The notes: a model not told the origin generated them from the letters alone. Positions 12,085-25,729 are shown, counted from the whole stretch's first letter. The stretch is 63,620 nt of DNA, filler included, from Rhabdomonas costata (GCA_019059605.1; 32 parts of 32 records of this genome joined end to end with filler, not necessarily neighbours in it), one strand, 5' to 3'. Program-made: numbers and translations.

Positions 12085-13343
12085 AATGCCATCGACCGCA
12101 GCAGCTTCACCGAAGCTAAGACGGTGCTGGTACGCGCCCTGTATGAGGGCCTCGCGCTGCCCATCGTGGAGGGGGTGCTGCACTCTCGGCCCCCTTCCGA
12201 AGGCCTCCTCCTGCCGGCCGCTGCGGCCCTGCTGCTAGACTGTTTGGGGCAGCACTGGCTGCGTCACTCCGCTGACACCGCCTTCACTCCGATGGACCCG
12301 GAGGTGCTCGCCCGGGGATGCGAGGTGGCAAACCAAGTTCTGCCAGTGATCCTTCAGTACTGCCAGGAGTTGGGACCCAGACCGAAGCCTGCCCGCGTGC
12401 CTGCCAAGGAGACCGTGGCTGCGTTAGCGCCGGCATCAGCTGTCAATGGGGGTCTCACTCAGGGTGAAGGCGACGGGCAAGAGGCGGGGTCTCCCGCGGG
12501 AGCCGAGCCCGCGCCTGCGACTTCGCTTGCCGTGGCAGCCAGCTCAGTTGCTGTTGAGACTCCTTCCTATCCCAACGCTGTGGTTCAGGTGTGTTCTCTC
12601 CGGCGCGCGTCTAACATGGACTGAAAATTATTACTCTGCTGCCTGATTATATTGTAGCCAAACGGATTCCCGAACAAGTGCTGTCATTCGCGTGGACAAG
12701 TTTAGGTTTTTCTTTTTGCAGTGTGATTCACGTGTTCCGTGACAGTGCTGCACCAGTCAAGGTCAAGAGTTCTATGCTCTGCCAAAGTCCCCAAGCACAC
12801 CTTTGGTGGTGAGGTTTGACAAGATGGATCCAAGACAGCGATAAACATAATATCTGACTCACCTCCGCACATACCCCGGTACATACATATTTGTGCGGGT
12901 GTTGCATTCCGGTCTCCGAATCATCCAAATCAGGTTAATGTCCGATTGGCGGAAGCCGAGGCTAGACCCGAAGACCTGGCTTGAGTATCAACATAATGTG
13001 AGCTAACGTGGCGCTCTTGGGTCTCGAAGTTGGTGAGCAATAGTACACCCAACAGCATACTTCTGGAAACTTTCCCGGCCCTTCAACTCGTTTCTTCGCG
13101 ATTGCATTGTGAGAGGTCCATTTTGCGCGAATTTCTTTACCGCACACAAGACCGGTGGCTGTATTCTCCTTGTCTGCCTGCGCCTCTTTCTTTCTGTCTG
13201 TCTTTCTATAGCCCGAGGAGTTGCTTCACGCCGTGCTGCTGCTTTATGGTGCAGCAGGGGACATTCCACGGATGGAGGCTGCGTTGAGCGCCTTCGAGCG
13301 GGTGAATGTGGGGCCCTCCACCCTGCAACACTTCACCGCCATG
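12085..13343 (+). CDS. Helical-repeat (PPR-like) protein fragment; exons 12085-12588 and 13212-~13343
   Basis: Phase-0 GT-AG join. The second exon, PEELLHAVLLLYGAAGDIPRMEAALSAFERVNVGPSTLQHFTAM, resembles a pentatricopeptide repeat. Confidence 0.5.
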
Positions 13344-13936
13344 GCAGGCTTGTTTTTGATTCTTCCTCTCAGAGCCCTCTCCACTGTGAATGTCTCTTGC
13401 GTACAGCGGCTTGCTGTGTATTGTAAAAAGAAAGAGTCAGAAAAGTTCTGACCTAGGTTCGGGCTGGAGTTTCTTCTCCATTTTCGTCTTTACATGACGA
13501 AAGTTTTGAGTACTGGCGACAATACCGATGGTCTTTTGAGCGTAGAGACACAGCCCGTTACATTCAGTGTTGGGCTAATTATTCCTTCTGCATTAATGTT
13601 AAAAAAAAGCTGGGCTTCAATGCAGTGTTGGAAGTCTCATGTGCACCAAGTTTGTGAGATGCGCAGCTATCTCAATCCTGCTCTCCATGTGGACGCTCCA
13701 ATCTTGTGCATCCGTTTGTCGTACTTCTGACGTGACGATGTTACCTGGACATGATGCACGCACTCACACGCTCACATACGCAGAAGCATACTGCCATGGC
13801 ACCTATCAAAAGATTCTGACAGCAGTCCACACACAANNNNNNNNNNNNNNNNNNNNNNNNNNNNNNNNNNNNNNNNNNNNTTAATTAATTAANNNNNNNN
13901 NNNNNNNNNNNNNNNNNNNNNNNNNNNNNNNNNNNN

Positions 13937-13937
13937 G

Positions 13938-14011
<74 letters not shown>
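13937..14011. repeat. (GTT)n microsatellite at contig start
   Basis: About 25 perfect GTT units. Confidence 0.97.
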
Positions 14012-14183
14012 CATGCGAGACTAGTGAAATTCGCCATCGGCTGGTCCACGCATCTGTAATGCTCTACTTTTCTCCATGCGTCTTCAATTCGCGTCGGTTT
14101 CTCTGCAACAGGTGGCGGATGTTGCTCGTGGAATGGTACGGGCAGCCATGCGGGAGTCTTGCTTTGGAGAGACCCTTGAATTT

Positions 14184-14184
<1 letters not shown>

Positions 14185-14222
<38 letters not shown>
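14185..14222. repeat. (GT)n microsatellite
   Basis: Perfect dinucleotide run. Confidence 0.95.
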
Positions 14223-14223
<1 letters not shown>

Positions 14224-14976
14224 GAGACACTGTGTGTGTGTACAAGACTTCGGTTCGGAAGATTTCGGTTCTGGGAGCTTTTTCTTGTAATGTTGCAGTA
14301 CATTCCATTCGCTTCCAGTTGGCATGATTTAATGGTTCCTAGTTGGCTTTGCAACTTTTACTTCTGTTGATGAATACCCAAAAACATCTTTGGATCTTTT
14401 GAAAAAAAAAGTGGAGTTCATGGATGCTTTCTACCATGCTTCCGTAGCAGCAGAAGAACCACCTCTTTTTTCGTGGCCACGTGAATTGCCAAAGTCAACA
14501 TCATCGCAGGGTCCACCCCGAAGTCAAAGCCAGCCTATCTGTCACTGACATGCTGCAATTCTTTGAATGGCTTTTGGTGTGTGGTCAAACCAGCGATAGA
14601 AAGAAATGGATTCCGTCGAGTTTAATGAAGTAACTATGAACTATGAGCTCATCGGAGGGACGATAGCAAAAGAAAAATATCAGGGGTTCGGTTGGTTGGA
14701 AGAGAGAGTGCACTTGCGCTACCACCACAAAGTGTTTCCAAAAAATAATCCGGGTCTTTTTGCCTGGTTTGTTCTTGTCCACAAACCCTTTCAGCTTGTT
14801 TCCCTCGCCTTGCATTGTTACCAATCCTCCGAAAGCGTTTGTTGTCGAGCTCGAAAATAGTTTCGACTCCTAGCGTTTTCTACCTGAAGGTCAATAACTT
14901 TTGCAATCTGACACTCGGGGTTTCACCGAATGGTGCCTGTACTACTTCCAGCCTAAACCATTACCTTTCCTTCCAG

Positions 14977-15316
14977 GTGGGCCCGACAAGTACAAGTTTA
15001 TTGAGGCCTACCGCTACGTCGAGTCCCTCACCCAAGCCAATCCTTCCGAGCTGCGCATTTTCTCCGAAACGGAAGCCAAGTCTGTTTGCAATTTCATTTT
15101 TGAATAACTTCAGGCTGGGGAGTCAGTTCAGGGCTCGTGCTCCTTTTAATTTCTCACACCGTCTTTTTTTTGCTTGAAAGGCTGCGTCTTGGTGCGCGGC
15201 CAACTAAGCAGCCCGCGAGGTACTTCATGGACATGCACCTCAGGGAGTCCGCGGTGGTGCACCCCAAGGCCAAGAGCTGGGAGGCCGTGGAAGTCGAGAA
15301 GTCTGACCTTCTGAAG
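14977..15316 (+). CDS. Hypothetical protein, exons 14977-15079 and 15181-15316
   Basis: An in-phase GT-AG join gives GPDKYKFIEAYRYVESLTQANPSELRIFSETEAKLRLGARPTKQPARYFMDMHLRESAVVHPKAKSWEAVEVEKSDLLK, with GC3-rich codons. Confidence 0.6.
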
Positions 15317-16389
15317 GTGCTTCACCCCTGCTCGGTCTTTGCTTTTTTGGTGCGTCAGACAACGGACGGTTTTGCGAATTCACTGGACATGTGATAGAGG
15401 TATTGAGCTTTTGATCTTCAGTTTCATGTTGCCCGCCCAAAGCGGAAGTACCGTTTGCACACCGTTTGTCATTTTTTTGACTTTCATCTCTCAAACTCTC
15501 AAACTCGCACCCCTTCCCCCCAAACTGCCGAGGAGCCCGTGTGGCGGTATGTTGCTGTGCAATTGGCTCATCTTATTGCCTGACAATCTGTCCGTAGCCA
15601 AAGAGTTATCGAGGCGGACTTGGTCCCTGCCCTTCCCGGAGTTGAAGGAGTTCACTATTGTCTTTGAAAACACCGTCGCGTAAGGTCAAATTCAATCAAA
15701 TTGGGAAGGGAAGGATGGGTATGTGCACGAGGTTTGTTATGTGGAAATGCGTAAGTGTGCTAGTGTGCTGAGATTCGGGCTTGAAAGTGTCTGCGGAGAA
15801 CAGATGCCGGTCAAAAGGGGCGAAAAAATGCAGAGAGCTGAAAAACGTGGTGGGAAAAAAACGCCCCAAGAAAGACGAAAAAAAAACANNNNNNNNNNNN
15901 NNNNNNNNNNNNNNNNNNNNNNNNNNNNNNNNTTAATTAATTAANNNNNNNNNNNNNNNNNNNNNNNNNNNNNNNNNNNNNNNNNNNNTTGGTGAGATGT
16001 TTCCCAAAATCATGGTGTTGTGCAACAAGCGCGAAAAGCAGGTGCAGTTGGCAATGAGGTAGGATGTATAATACTCCCATCCGGTGCCAAGCGGTGGAGA
16101 TTTGTAGAAAAAAAGGCAATGCCCTCCCCTGTCCGATAGGACAAGACCCAGGGATATTTCTCTTGGGGCGCAATTGCGCGTTACTTTTCTGTGACGTTTT
16201 CTTGTGGCATCGTGGAGCCCAGGGCAATCCCATACTGATACATACTGGTGTTCAATCCCTTAGCGTCTGGTCCAGCTGCTAACCCCCCCTCTCTCTCTCT
16301 CGGCTCGAGTTACGATGTCGTGAGTGCCCCGGGTGCACATGGACCCCACCCAGAGGGGGCTTCCAGGCAGAGAGGCGGCTGAGGTAAAC

Positions 16390-17344
16390 CTCCGCGGCAA
16401 ACATTGTTGAGCCCAGGCCGCTGAGGTAGACCACCGGAGGCAGCCTGGAGCCCTATTTTTTGGGGGGTGCGTGGGGTGGAGGAGGAGGGCGAACCGACAA
16501 TAAATAACCACACCGAAATAACAACACAAGTAATTGTGCTCTCACATCTCTGTGCTCTCACAGAGAAACAGCGAGAACCTCCCAAATTCAAACCGAAAGC
16601 GAATTCCTTTTGGCGGCAAGTCAGCAGGGACGGCTTGTACTGCAATTGCCCACTCGAAACTAAACCCATTCCAAGACAGCCACCAAAGGGAATGAGATGA
16701 CGTCCTGCCGTTGCACTTTGTGGGAACGAAACAAAAATTAATAAAGCAAAGAAAATCAACGTGTGCGCTGCATTTCTGCATGTATGACGAGGATTTAAAG
16801 ATACTTTTGCTATTTCTATTGTGTGACGTGAAAGCTGTGAAGAAAGTTCTGGTGGCGAGATACCACAGAGGGGGCGGGGTGTAAGTGTATGAGTTGTTCT
16901 CTAAGCCCATTTTTTGTGAGGCATGTTTTGTGTGTCTGTGCCCTACCACCGCATTTTCATGAGATTCGATAAACGCGGAGGCCCCCCCCCCGCTTTTTTC
17001 TTTCGCTTATGTACCTTCTCAGGCTTGAGGTGCAGCACATGCAACTCTTCTCCGTTTAGGCCCCACGGCTTCAGCTGCTCCGGGGGCGGACGGAAGGCCC
17101 GGCGGTCCCTCCGCACCGCGTAGCGCTCGAAGGCGAACCCAAACGGCAGTGCCCACAACAGGGCGTACAGCACCACTACGGGCAGAAGCACTACCACGGC
17201 AAGTACCACCACCACGGCCATCAGGAGGAACCACCCCACATCCCGGGCGGTCAACATGGTGGGTGGGGGTGGGTACTCCCGGCTCGCCAACGCGGGGTCA
17301 TCCTGCCAAGGGTCGGGCGGTCTTTCCTCGCGCAGCTGCTCCAT
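16390..17344 (-). CDS. Membrane-anchored alpha/beta-hydrolase, 5' part; exons 17344-17015 and 16452-~16390
   Basis: N-terminal hydrophobic segment, then LNGEELHVLHLKPEK|GSRLPPVVYLSGLGSTM (a 'PPVVflhGlg'-type motif). Phase-0 GT-AG join. Confidence 0.62.
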
Positions 17345-18931
17345 TCTTTCCGAGCCACGCCACAACCACACCGAACCACGCCCCAACCTGAAGAGAAACG
17401 GCAGGGCAATGCAACGAGACATGCAGGGCCTTTCTTCTCCGAATGGGCTGAGGTTCGCCCGATGGTTCTCTGGTGCTCCGAGCCTCGTTACCAGGTCCGC
17501 GATCGGTGCAATGGACTCATCGAATCATTTTTCTGCCTGCATATACTGGTGGATGGATAGGGTACTGGCCAAATATTTAGTTGATATTGAATATTGCTCT
17601 TGAACAGCAGGGTTGTTAGGAACACATCTTTGCAGACGGCGCACTGAAATAGTTATACTTATATCTTGGGCTTAGTGACATAAGGTTTGTGAGACTTGCG
17701 TGTGTGTGTGTGTATGTTTCAGCAATTTTGCAGCCTTTTTCGGACATCAAAACGACCTCAATGAGTACCCCTACCGTAGTGTCATTACTTCCCGCGTTTG
17801 AGGTTTCGTAGTCAACTCTTGCAAAATTAGAGTTTCAGCAAAAAATCCCACTTTTGACATGACCCCCCCAAAAAAAGANNNNNNNNNNNNNNNNNNNNNN
17901 NNNNNNNNNNNNNNNNNNNNNNTTAATTAATTAANNNNNNNNNNNNNNNNNNNNNNNNNNNNNNNNNNNNNNNNNNNNGTTTGTGTGGTGGATAGTGTAG
18001 GGCGATCTGTGCACGGCACCCCACGGGGCTCCACGTCTGTAGCCTATTGTTAGCGTCGGTCGCCTAGAGGCTGGCTGGTCTCACAGTCGTCCGTCTGTCC
18101 CTCAGATTGTGTGTACGATGGTGAATGACGTTGGGGATAGTGGGGTTGGGGGTGCTTCTGTCACAGCATAAGAGCGATTGAGGTAGTTTGCCTTCCTTTC
18201 TTTTCTCAGTGTATGGGCAAACCCAAGGTTACGATCTTTGTGGAGAGAGACATTGAAGTTGACATTGAAGTTGAGCATGAATTTAATCTGCTTTCATAAT
18301 TAGCACTGGTAAAACTTCCCGCCTGAGTCTAAGGGTGGAGGTGTTCGTTGTGAATACGCGCTCCACGCTCTGTGTGAACGGTGGGATTTTATCCAGAAGA
18401 CATTGGCGCACCTTCAGTTCACAGAGCTTGTGCTTTTTCTCTCTTCCACTGCTTTTGAGTTCGTTCGATTCTGCGAGGGGTATCCAGAGGAAGGAGGGTA
18501 ACCGCACTGCACCCTTGGTAACCAAAGGCCTGCACGGGTCACCCTGCCACTGTCCCTCTTTAGATGCTTCACTCCGGGTTTCGCGCCTTCGCCACGCGGC
18601 AGGTGTGCGGAGGAGCGCATCGGAATTCTTTTCCGCGGTTCCCCTGATTCCCTTCATCGAAATCCGGGAATCGCTGGCGTGGTGATGTCCAATGGGCTTT
18701 CGATCTCTGAATTCCTTTTCCAAATGGGATGCGGATCTGCTAAACGAGGGTGTTCCCGCACCCGTGCCTCAAACAATCTTCATAACCATTTCCACTGTCC
18801 TTCCCACCGCTCTGCAACGGCTGCAACAGCCGCCCTTCCCCCCTTTTCTCCTTCACCTCTCCGGAAACGCCCTTTGCTTCCCATTTTTGTCAGGGTGGTG
18901 GTCGCCAAACTGCGGTGCGGTTGCTGCTAAG

Positions 18932-19006
18932 GCGTGGCTGTGGCGATGGCAGGACCGCCAGCACGCTCTGCTGTACGAGAACGTGGGCCCCTGTGGCTCT
19001 GGTTAA
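18932..19006 (+). CDS. Probable terminal exon of an unidentified gene
   Basis: AG acceptor, then AWLWRWQDRQHALLYENVGPCGSG*, GC3-rich. Confidence 0.35.
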   Translation, partial: AWLWRWQDRQHALLYENVGPCGSG

Positions 19007-19490
19007 GGTCTGACTTTCCCCTCTCTCCTCGTCTGTCCTCGGCACAGAACCACTGTGGTGGAAAGGAATCTTGACAAATAAGGGGACTTGGATCAAGTTA
19101 TTGGTCTGGGTTCCGGTGGTGGTTCTTTCAATTCCAGCCTGCGTCTCAAGAGAAAAGAAGTGGATGCCACTGTGGAAAGTTTGCACGCTACGTCATTGTG
19201 CCCTCACTGTGTTGGGCAATGGAGGAAGTCCATCCTTCGCCCCTGTGCAGTGCCACCCTTCTACTTCTGTGATGTGCCCTCTCCAGCTGCAACAGTACAC
19301 TTTGTACTCCCCTCCGGCAGGCCCTATGATGGTTCCGTCAACCGCCACCAAGGGTTGTTGTGAACCCCGTTCTCTCTCCGTGGGATTCATAATGACCTGC
19401 ACACGGATCTATCAGGATCAGCTTTTCATTCGCTTGCCGTGACTGTCTTCTCTTTTCTTTCCCTCCTGCGTTTTCGGTCTTACCACGTAG

Positions 19491-19736
19491 GGGCCAGGCC
19501 TCCACCGCAAAGTGGGCCTCCTCCTTCCGTCCTCCCTTGCCCCGCACTGCGCGGTGCTCCGGGGGTTCTCCTCCACTGCCCCGAGCTCTGGGGATGGGCA
19601 GGACCGGGTGTGGACGATCCCCAACATTCTCACCATGAGCCGGATCATTATCACCCCCGCGATCTGCGCCGCGCTGTACTGCGACGCCACCGTGGTGGCT
19701 TTGGTCGGCCTGGTGTACGCGGCAGCCACGGACTGG
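19491..19736 (+). CDS. CDP-alcohol phosphatidyltransferase, likely mitochondrial cardiolipin synthase (CRD1/CRLS1-type), one exon
   Basis: DRVWTIPNILTMSRIIITP..YAAATDW| preceded by a transit-peptide-like segment (..VLRGFSS..). Flanked by polyY-TAG and GT. Confidence 0.8.
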
Positions 19737-20478
19737 GTTTGTGGCCCACGCCTCACGCCTTCCTCCCAACGCCGCCAGGTGGGGTTGCGGTTGGCAACTG
19801 TCGCTTCTGTGAAACTGTGGGGCTGCAGCACTTTCCGGGGATGGGGCAGACCGGCAATTGGTCTTGAGNNNNNNNNNNNNNNNNNNNNNNNNNNNNNNNN
19901 NNNNNNNNNNNNTTAATTAATTAANNNNNNNNNNNNNNNNNNNNNNNNNNNNNNNNNNNNNNNNNNNNTTGTGTTGGTTACATGTGCTGTGTTCAGTGGC
20001 TTCAGAACATCAGAAGCAGTTGAAGGACGGGCAGAAATTTGTGGGGGGGTCTGTATTCAGATGTCCAAGCCCGCGCTTGGGAGATCTTGCTTTTTTGTGG
20101 AAATCTTGCCGTAACGTAAGTATCGGTAGTTTCCTGGTTTTTTCGTGGTTTGGTTTCGGCTTAGGTTTTACGGGCCTCGCATTGAGGGAAGGGGAAATCC
20201 CAGTCCTCGGATCATGTCACTCCACAAGCTGGTCGTAGCTCATCGGGTGCTTTCCATCCCTTGTGATTGCAAGGACGCGAGAAGTCGCTTGGCAAGCCGT
20301 TGCCATATTTAGCTGAAAAGCGCATAATGTACTAAACTCCAAGCAGTGATGCTTCACGTCTACCCGTTGTGCCTTTCCTTTTTCAGCACGTTGCTCACAA
20401 TTTCGATCTCGTGTTTTGGGCTCTTTTCCGTGGTGGTGGTTTCGTGGCTGCCAAGGAAGGCCACCTCTGTAAGGAAAT

Positions 20479-21300
20479 ATGCTTCTTCGCCACCCTGGGT
20501 TCTGTCGCCACGGGAGGTTAGGCCCAGCTGTCCGCACTCTCACCTCGATCTCTGGCCTCAAAGACCCGTATAGACCACCCCCGCTCCCACTGGCCCAAAG
20601 GCAGGGAGACGGTTTAGCTAAGTTTAGCAACAGGCAGCTCTCGCGGGACCTGCACCTCCTCTCAAAGGCTCAGGCTCAGGCGGACCGGAAGCGGTTCGCC
20701 AAAGTCGTAGCCAGGTTGGTTGCCACCTCCCGCAGCCTAGACCCTGAGTCGCTAGGGAGGTGCGTAAACACTCTGTCGAAGTCCCCCGCTTACCTCATGG
20801 ACGAGGAGGTGTGGTTGTCTCTCGCCAGGGCGGCGGTTTCGCTGTCGTCGGAGCAGGAAGGGAGGCGGTTTTCCTTCTTCGACCTGGGCACGGCTCAGTA
20901 CTTGGCACTGTGCGTGAATGGGTTCTCAAAGGTGAAGAGCCTGCTCAGGAACCAAGAGCTGTGGGCGGCGATGCGCCTGGCGGCCCTGGAACGGAATAGG
21001 CTGATGAATCCGCAGGACATCTCCAACTGCGTTGTTGGGTTCTCCAAGGTGGACTTGCTTCGGAAGGACCTGAAGCTGTGGCAGTCCTTTTGCGAGGCTG
21101 CCGTGGCGCAGCTCAGACACATGAGCCCTCAAGGCCTGGCATGTATTGTGAACGGCTTATCCCGAGTTCATCCATCCCGCTGGATTCAGCCCGTCTGGCA
21201 GGAGCTGGCCAAGGCCGCAATTAGGTTGGAAAAGAAGATGATCCCACAGGATGTCTCGAACTGCGTCAAAGGCTTCTCCAGAGCCCCTTCCCTTCGGCAG
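20479..21300 (+). CDS. Organelle-targeted helical-repeat protein (OPR/HPR/RAP-associated-like) with 39-aa repeats, first exon
   Basis: Arg-rich presequence. Repeats MNPQDISNCVVGFSKV, MSPQGLACIVNGLSRV and MIPQDVSNCVKGFSRA start at 21004, 21121 and 21238 (117-nt period). GTGTGC donor at 21301. Confidence 0.78.
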
Positions 21301-21993
21301 GTGTGCTGTCCAGGATTGGATTGTTTGTGGGACAGACAGAGAGAAAAAGACGATTAGCTCAGGGATCTCCGCCTGCCCCCCGGCAGACGCAATGTAACCG
21401 TTTCCTTTGGCTTCTGAATCGTGACGTGACAAATTGCGCTTGCACCCCCCCCCCAAGGATTACATCTCTTCGGTCCGCAGGCAGCTCCGAAATGTGTGTG
21501 GGAGGATGAAGCAGCGTTTAACAAAAACCTACAGTATCAACAGGTCGGCATCCTGCGATTTGAGGGTCGATTTCTGTTGTGTAAGCAAGTGTGGAAGGGG
21601 GGGCGGGAGAAGCACGATCACTGTGGTCGTCGGCACATCACGCACGGGAAGAACACGAAAAGCCTGCACACGAAAAGCCGCGCCCTTGCAACTGCAACAA
21701 CCACCCCTCTGGTGAAAACCGCCCACCCTTTGCGACCCACCTCGAGGCACAGCGGCCGTTGCCGTTCAGCACCCCACCAGTAATCAGCCAGGAACTTTAC
21801 AAACGCTCGTGGTGACTGCTTCTAATGCTGGTTTCGCCAAGCCTGTAGACCCAACAACNNNNNNNNNNNNNNNNNNNNNNNNNNNNNNNNNNNNNNNNNN
21901 NNTTAATTAATTAANNNNNNNNNNNNNNNNNNNNNNNNNNNNNNNNNNNNNNNNNNNNTGTGGTGGGTGTGGTTGGGTGGGTTGTGCGGGCTA

Positions 21994-22033
21994 ATGGCAA
22001 ACACTCTCAGGGCACTGGCAGAGTGTTTGCCAT
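21994..22033. repeat. 14-bp inverted repeat near contig start
   Basis: ATGGCAAACACTCT (21994-22007) and AGAGTGTTTGCCAT (22020-22033). Confidence 0.9.
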
Positions 22034-25000
22034 CATCCATGACGCGGGCGTCGAGCTGGGTTTGGTCGGATGGTGATCTCGATGAACAGCGCTAGGAGTC
22101 GATTACTCCCGTAAATTTCTTCCAAGGTATGCGACAATTAATCCCCAAGGACCGCAAAGTGCGTGGTGACAAGTGTGTCTTCGTGTTTTTTGGGGCGGGG
22201 TTCTGACAAACGCGCCAGGTTGTGCTTCTTCTTTCTTTCTTTCTTTGAAACTGAAGCGCAAAAAAGTTCTCTGCAATTTACCTATGGTTTCAACCACTCC
22301 AGTCGCTTGTGCACCATGGCGGGGAAACCGCTAAGTCCATTTGTGGGTTTGTGTGGTTAGAATTTCAAATACGTGTACCAGGACCGCGCAGGAAGAAAGG
22401 ATGCGCGCATTTGATAAGCCCTGGGTGGCTCCACCAGCAGTAGCTGTTGTTTCTGACGAGTGTCCCCAGTATGGAAGTGCGGGCTGTATTATGGCATCAC
22501 CGTCTGTTCGGGTTCTCGTATCACAGGTGGAGAACCGAAGGTTAGGTTCCCTACCCCCACCCCCACCCTGAGCAAGACTTTTCCATGTAATGGCAACACT
22601 CACTCCTTCTGTCTTTCTTCCGGCTGGAGAGGCGCGCACTTCTGCTCACCTGCACTCCCCGGAGTAGTCGTTTTCGACTTGTGCTTTTTTTCCTGGGCGT
22701 TTGTCCTGCAACCCGCCCTGAAGCCACCTTGCCCGCTCTCCGCCCGAGTTCTCCTGCGCCGCTTTTCTGTGAGTGGTGCAGGAAGCCGGGCAAAGCCGGG
22801 CTGCGGGGCTGTATTGTTTAGGTGTGCCCGCTTGGTTTGTTTCCCACCTTTCGTGCTCTGGCTGCTGATAGGTCTTGGTGGGCCCAGACCTTCAATCTCA
22901 CCCTGTGTTTGCACACCGGCTGCTCCCAAAAGTTGTTTTTTCCGGGTGCGATCGTGGCACTCTTTCGTTCGTCGGTTGTGTTTTTCATTTCGAAATCGAC
23001 TGGTTTGCGTTGTACACTCACTCATTTCAACTTTGTTCCAAAAGCTATGTACCCATTTGGCGTGAAACGACGGTGTTCGTGATGAGTGTAAAGCGATATC
23101 CTTTAGTTACGGTCATATTTTGGGTTGGAAGGTTGAAAATGCACATGGGATCCGAAATGTTCTCGTCCTCCAAGGTTATAGCTTATCCTTGGCCTATCCA
23201 CGTTAACATCCCGTCGGAACAAAGGCTAAGGTGGGATTGGCAGGCAGTTGTACAGATGTTGCGCGGCGGTCATTGTCAGGACTTGCTTACATTGAAGTCT
23301 AGCATTTTGCTATGGTTCTCGCTGTCGTTTCTGGCATTTACTCTTAACCGAAGTCATCTCTGGCCGAGAATTCGGTCTCCGCCCACTGTATGTTGGCATC
23401 TTCGGGTGCATTGTTCTTTATGATTTGTTGGTCTGCCATTATTTTACTGAAGAGCTCTTTGGCGTGTTCATTCTCACCTTCAGGTTTTTGTTTCCCTTGT
23501 TGTACAGTTCGTGACTCGAAGCGCTGAGTTTGCTTCTGTGCCTTTCTCACGGTGTTTCTGTGAGTTTTCTCTGTGAATAGAGAAAGTGTAGAATAGTGCT
23601 TGCCATGACTGTCATGTGAAGTACAGCGTGTGCGGTGCCGTTCTATCATCAATTCGATGAGGCTTTCTTTGGGGTATTCTTTTCCTCCTTGGGAGAACCA
23701 TGTCATTCAACGAAAGCACCCAGTTTGCATTGGCTTCGATCATCTCTAAAATCAATGGACCTGCCTTAAGATTTTCGGGTGGGCAGCGTCGGAATGTAGG
23801 TTGGTGTCTGGAGGTGATATATACCACGCCCTGCATCCCCCACAACCNNNNNNNNNNNNNNNNNNNNNNNNNNNNNNNNNNNNNNNNNNNNTTAATTAAT
23901 TAANNNNNNNNNNNNNNNNNNNNNNNNNNNNNNNNNNNNNNNNNNNNCTGTAAAATTGGTGGTTTGGTGCCTCTTCCTAAAAGGAATTTTGTGGGACCAT
24001 CCGAAGATTCTTCCGGCACCACCGCTGACTGAATGAGAGTACTGCTAGTGGGACGCGGTCGTTCAGTCTCAAGGAAAATGAGTGGCATAAACATCCGCTT
24101 CATCAAACTTTGAGTCAGATGAAACTCAAGGAAATCTGTTATGGGCAGCTTCTACTTCCCTCGCCACAAACCGAAAGGACGAGTGCCCCCGAAAACAACT
24201 TTCTGACGAACACGAGAACAAAAAACCTCCATCCATAAAATGGGGTGCCCCCTTGTGTGGCGGTTGAGTGATCAGCACTATGACAAGTCATAATCTCTTT
24301 CCTTCGAATTATTCGAGAGCAATGCGTGGTGCTGCGATAAGCTCTGCCTCACCACATCCACGGGCGATCAACCCACGGGTGCTCACGACTGCCATATTAT
24401 ATGTGGAGGGCCAAAGACCTGGTCCTGAAACGGGGAGCGGCGTCGGGCTGACGGGCCTGCATTGAAGCAGTGTCCAGGAACCCCCACCGCCGAAGAGGAA
24501 GAGTTGGAGGTGGAGAAGGGTGCCCCGCGCAGCCCCCTCACGGCATTGTGGTGGGAGTGGTACCCACCCCTCGCGGGAGGGGCGGGGTCGTCGTCGTAGT
24601 AGAAGCTGAGAAGGTCTTTCCAGTCAGCCTTGCTACGGGACATAAAAGGCTATCCCACCACAAAGACGCACAAAGATTTGGGAAAAAGCTGTAATGAGGA
24701 AACGAAGGTAGATCCTATCGTCCCCAAACACAAACACTCACTCGAATGCGGGAATCCAGGGCTGATTCGATGCATGGCGCCCAAATGACCCCATAAATAA
24801 TTCCTCTGGTGTGATGAGGCGAAAGAGCACTTAAACATCAACCATCATTAAACGTCAAAAGACATACGCGTGGGTGTTCTCCAGCAAAGTGACCCGACAG
24901 GAACTTTCTACACGGAGGTGCTGGGTCTCGGGGTTGTGGAGGGAATAATTCTGGTACTGGAGCTACCGCAAAATGGGTTGCATGTTCCTCATTAGGCAAA

Positions 25001-25729
25001 GATCTATGAACCGCGTGAATAAAGGACGCGCGAAACGGGTGCGTGATCACCCCCCCCCCTTAGGATTATGTGGTGAGGTTGGTGTGAACTTTGCAAGCCA
25101 GCCGGGCGCCCAAGACTTAACATTTCACCAAGGTCAACCCACAAAGACTGTTCACAGGGGTGAGTGAGTTGAGCAGAGACGCACTGTCCCTGAGACACAG
25201 CAACGCCGTGCCAGTGAAGTGTCTTCCACAAAAGGAAGCGGGAGTGGGGGCAAATGGCACACAGGCAAGCTCTACGTAATGATCTCTTTTTGCACGCACA
25301 CACAGAGAAAAACTGGGTAATGACACAGGGCAAGGCACAACAACGGCATTGGAGCAGGGAGCGGGAGAAAGAACAAGGACCCCCCCGAAACCAAAAGCTC
25401 AGAAATAAACAACGGACAACCCCTTCCGCGCCCCTGCTTCTGAGCTCCACTCATCGAATAAAGTGACATTCACAGATGATACAGGCATGATGAGAGATGG
25501 CAGGAAAAAAATGAGGGAAGGAGTCAGCACTGATCGCTAAAGCGTTTTTGAAAAGCAGAAAAGCGGGTTAGCGAGTCAACCCCTTCCCGAGTTTTTTCTC
25601 CTCGTCGCCCACACGCGGGCATTCCACTCGCCGACTGAGCGGTACACTCCCATCAAAAGGAACGAAAAAGGATAAAGGGAGAGTCCCCCCTCCTGTCTAT
25701 CTATCTCTGTAAACGCCAAGGCTGCTCAA

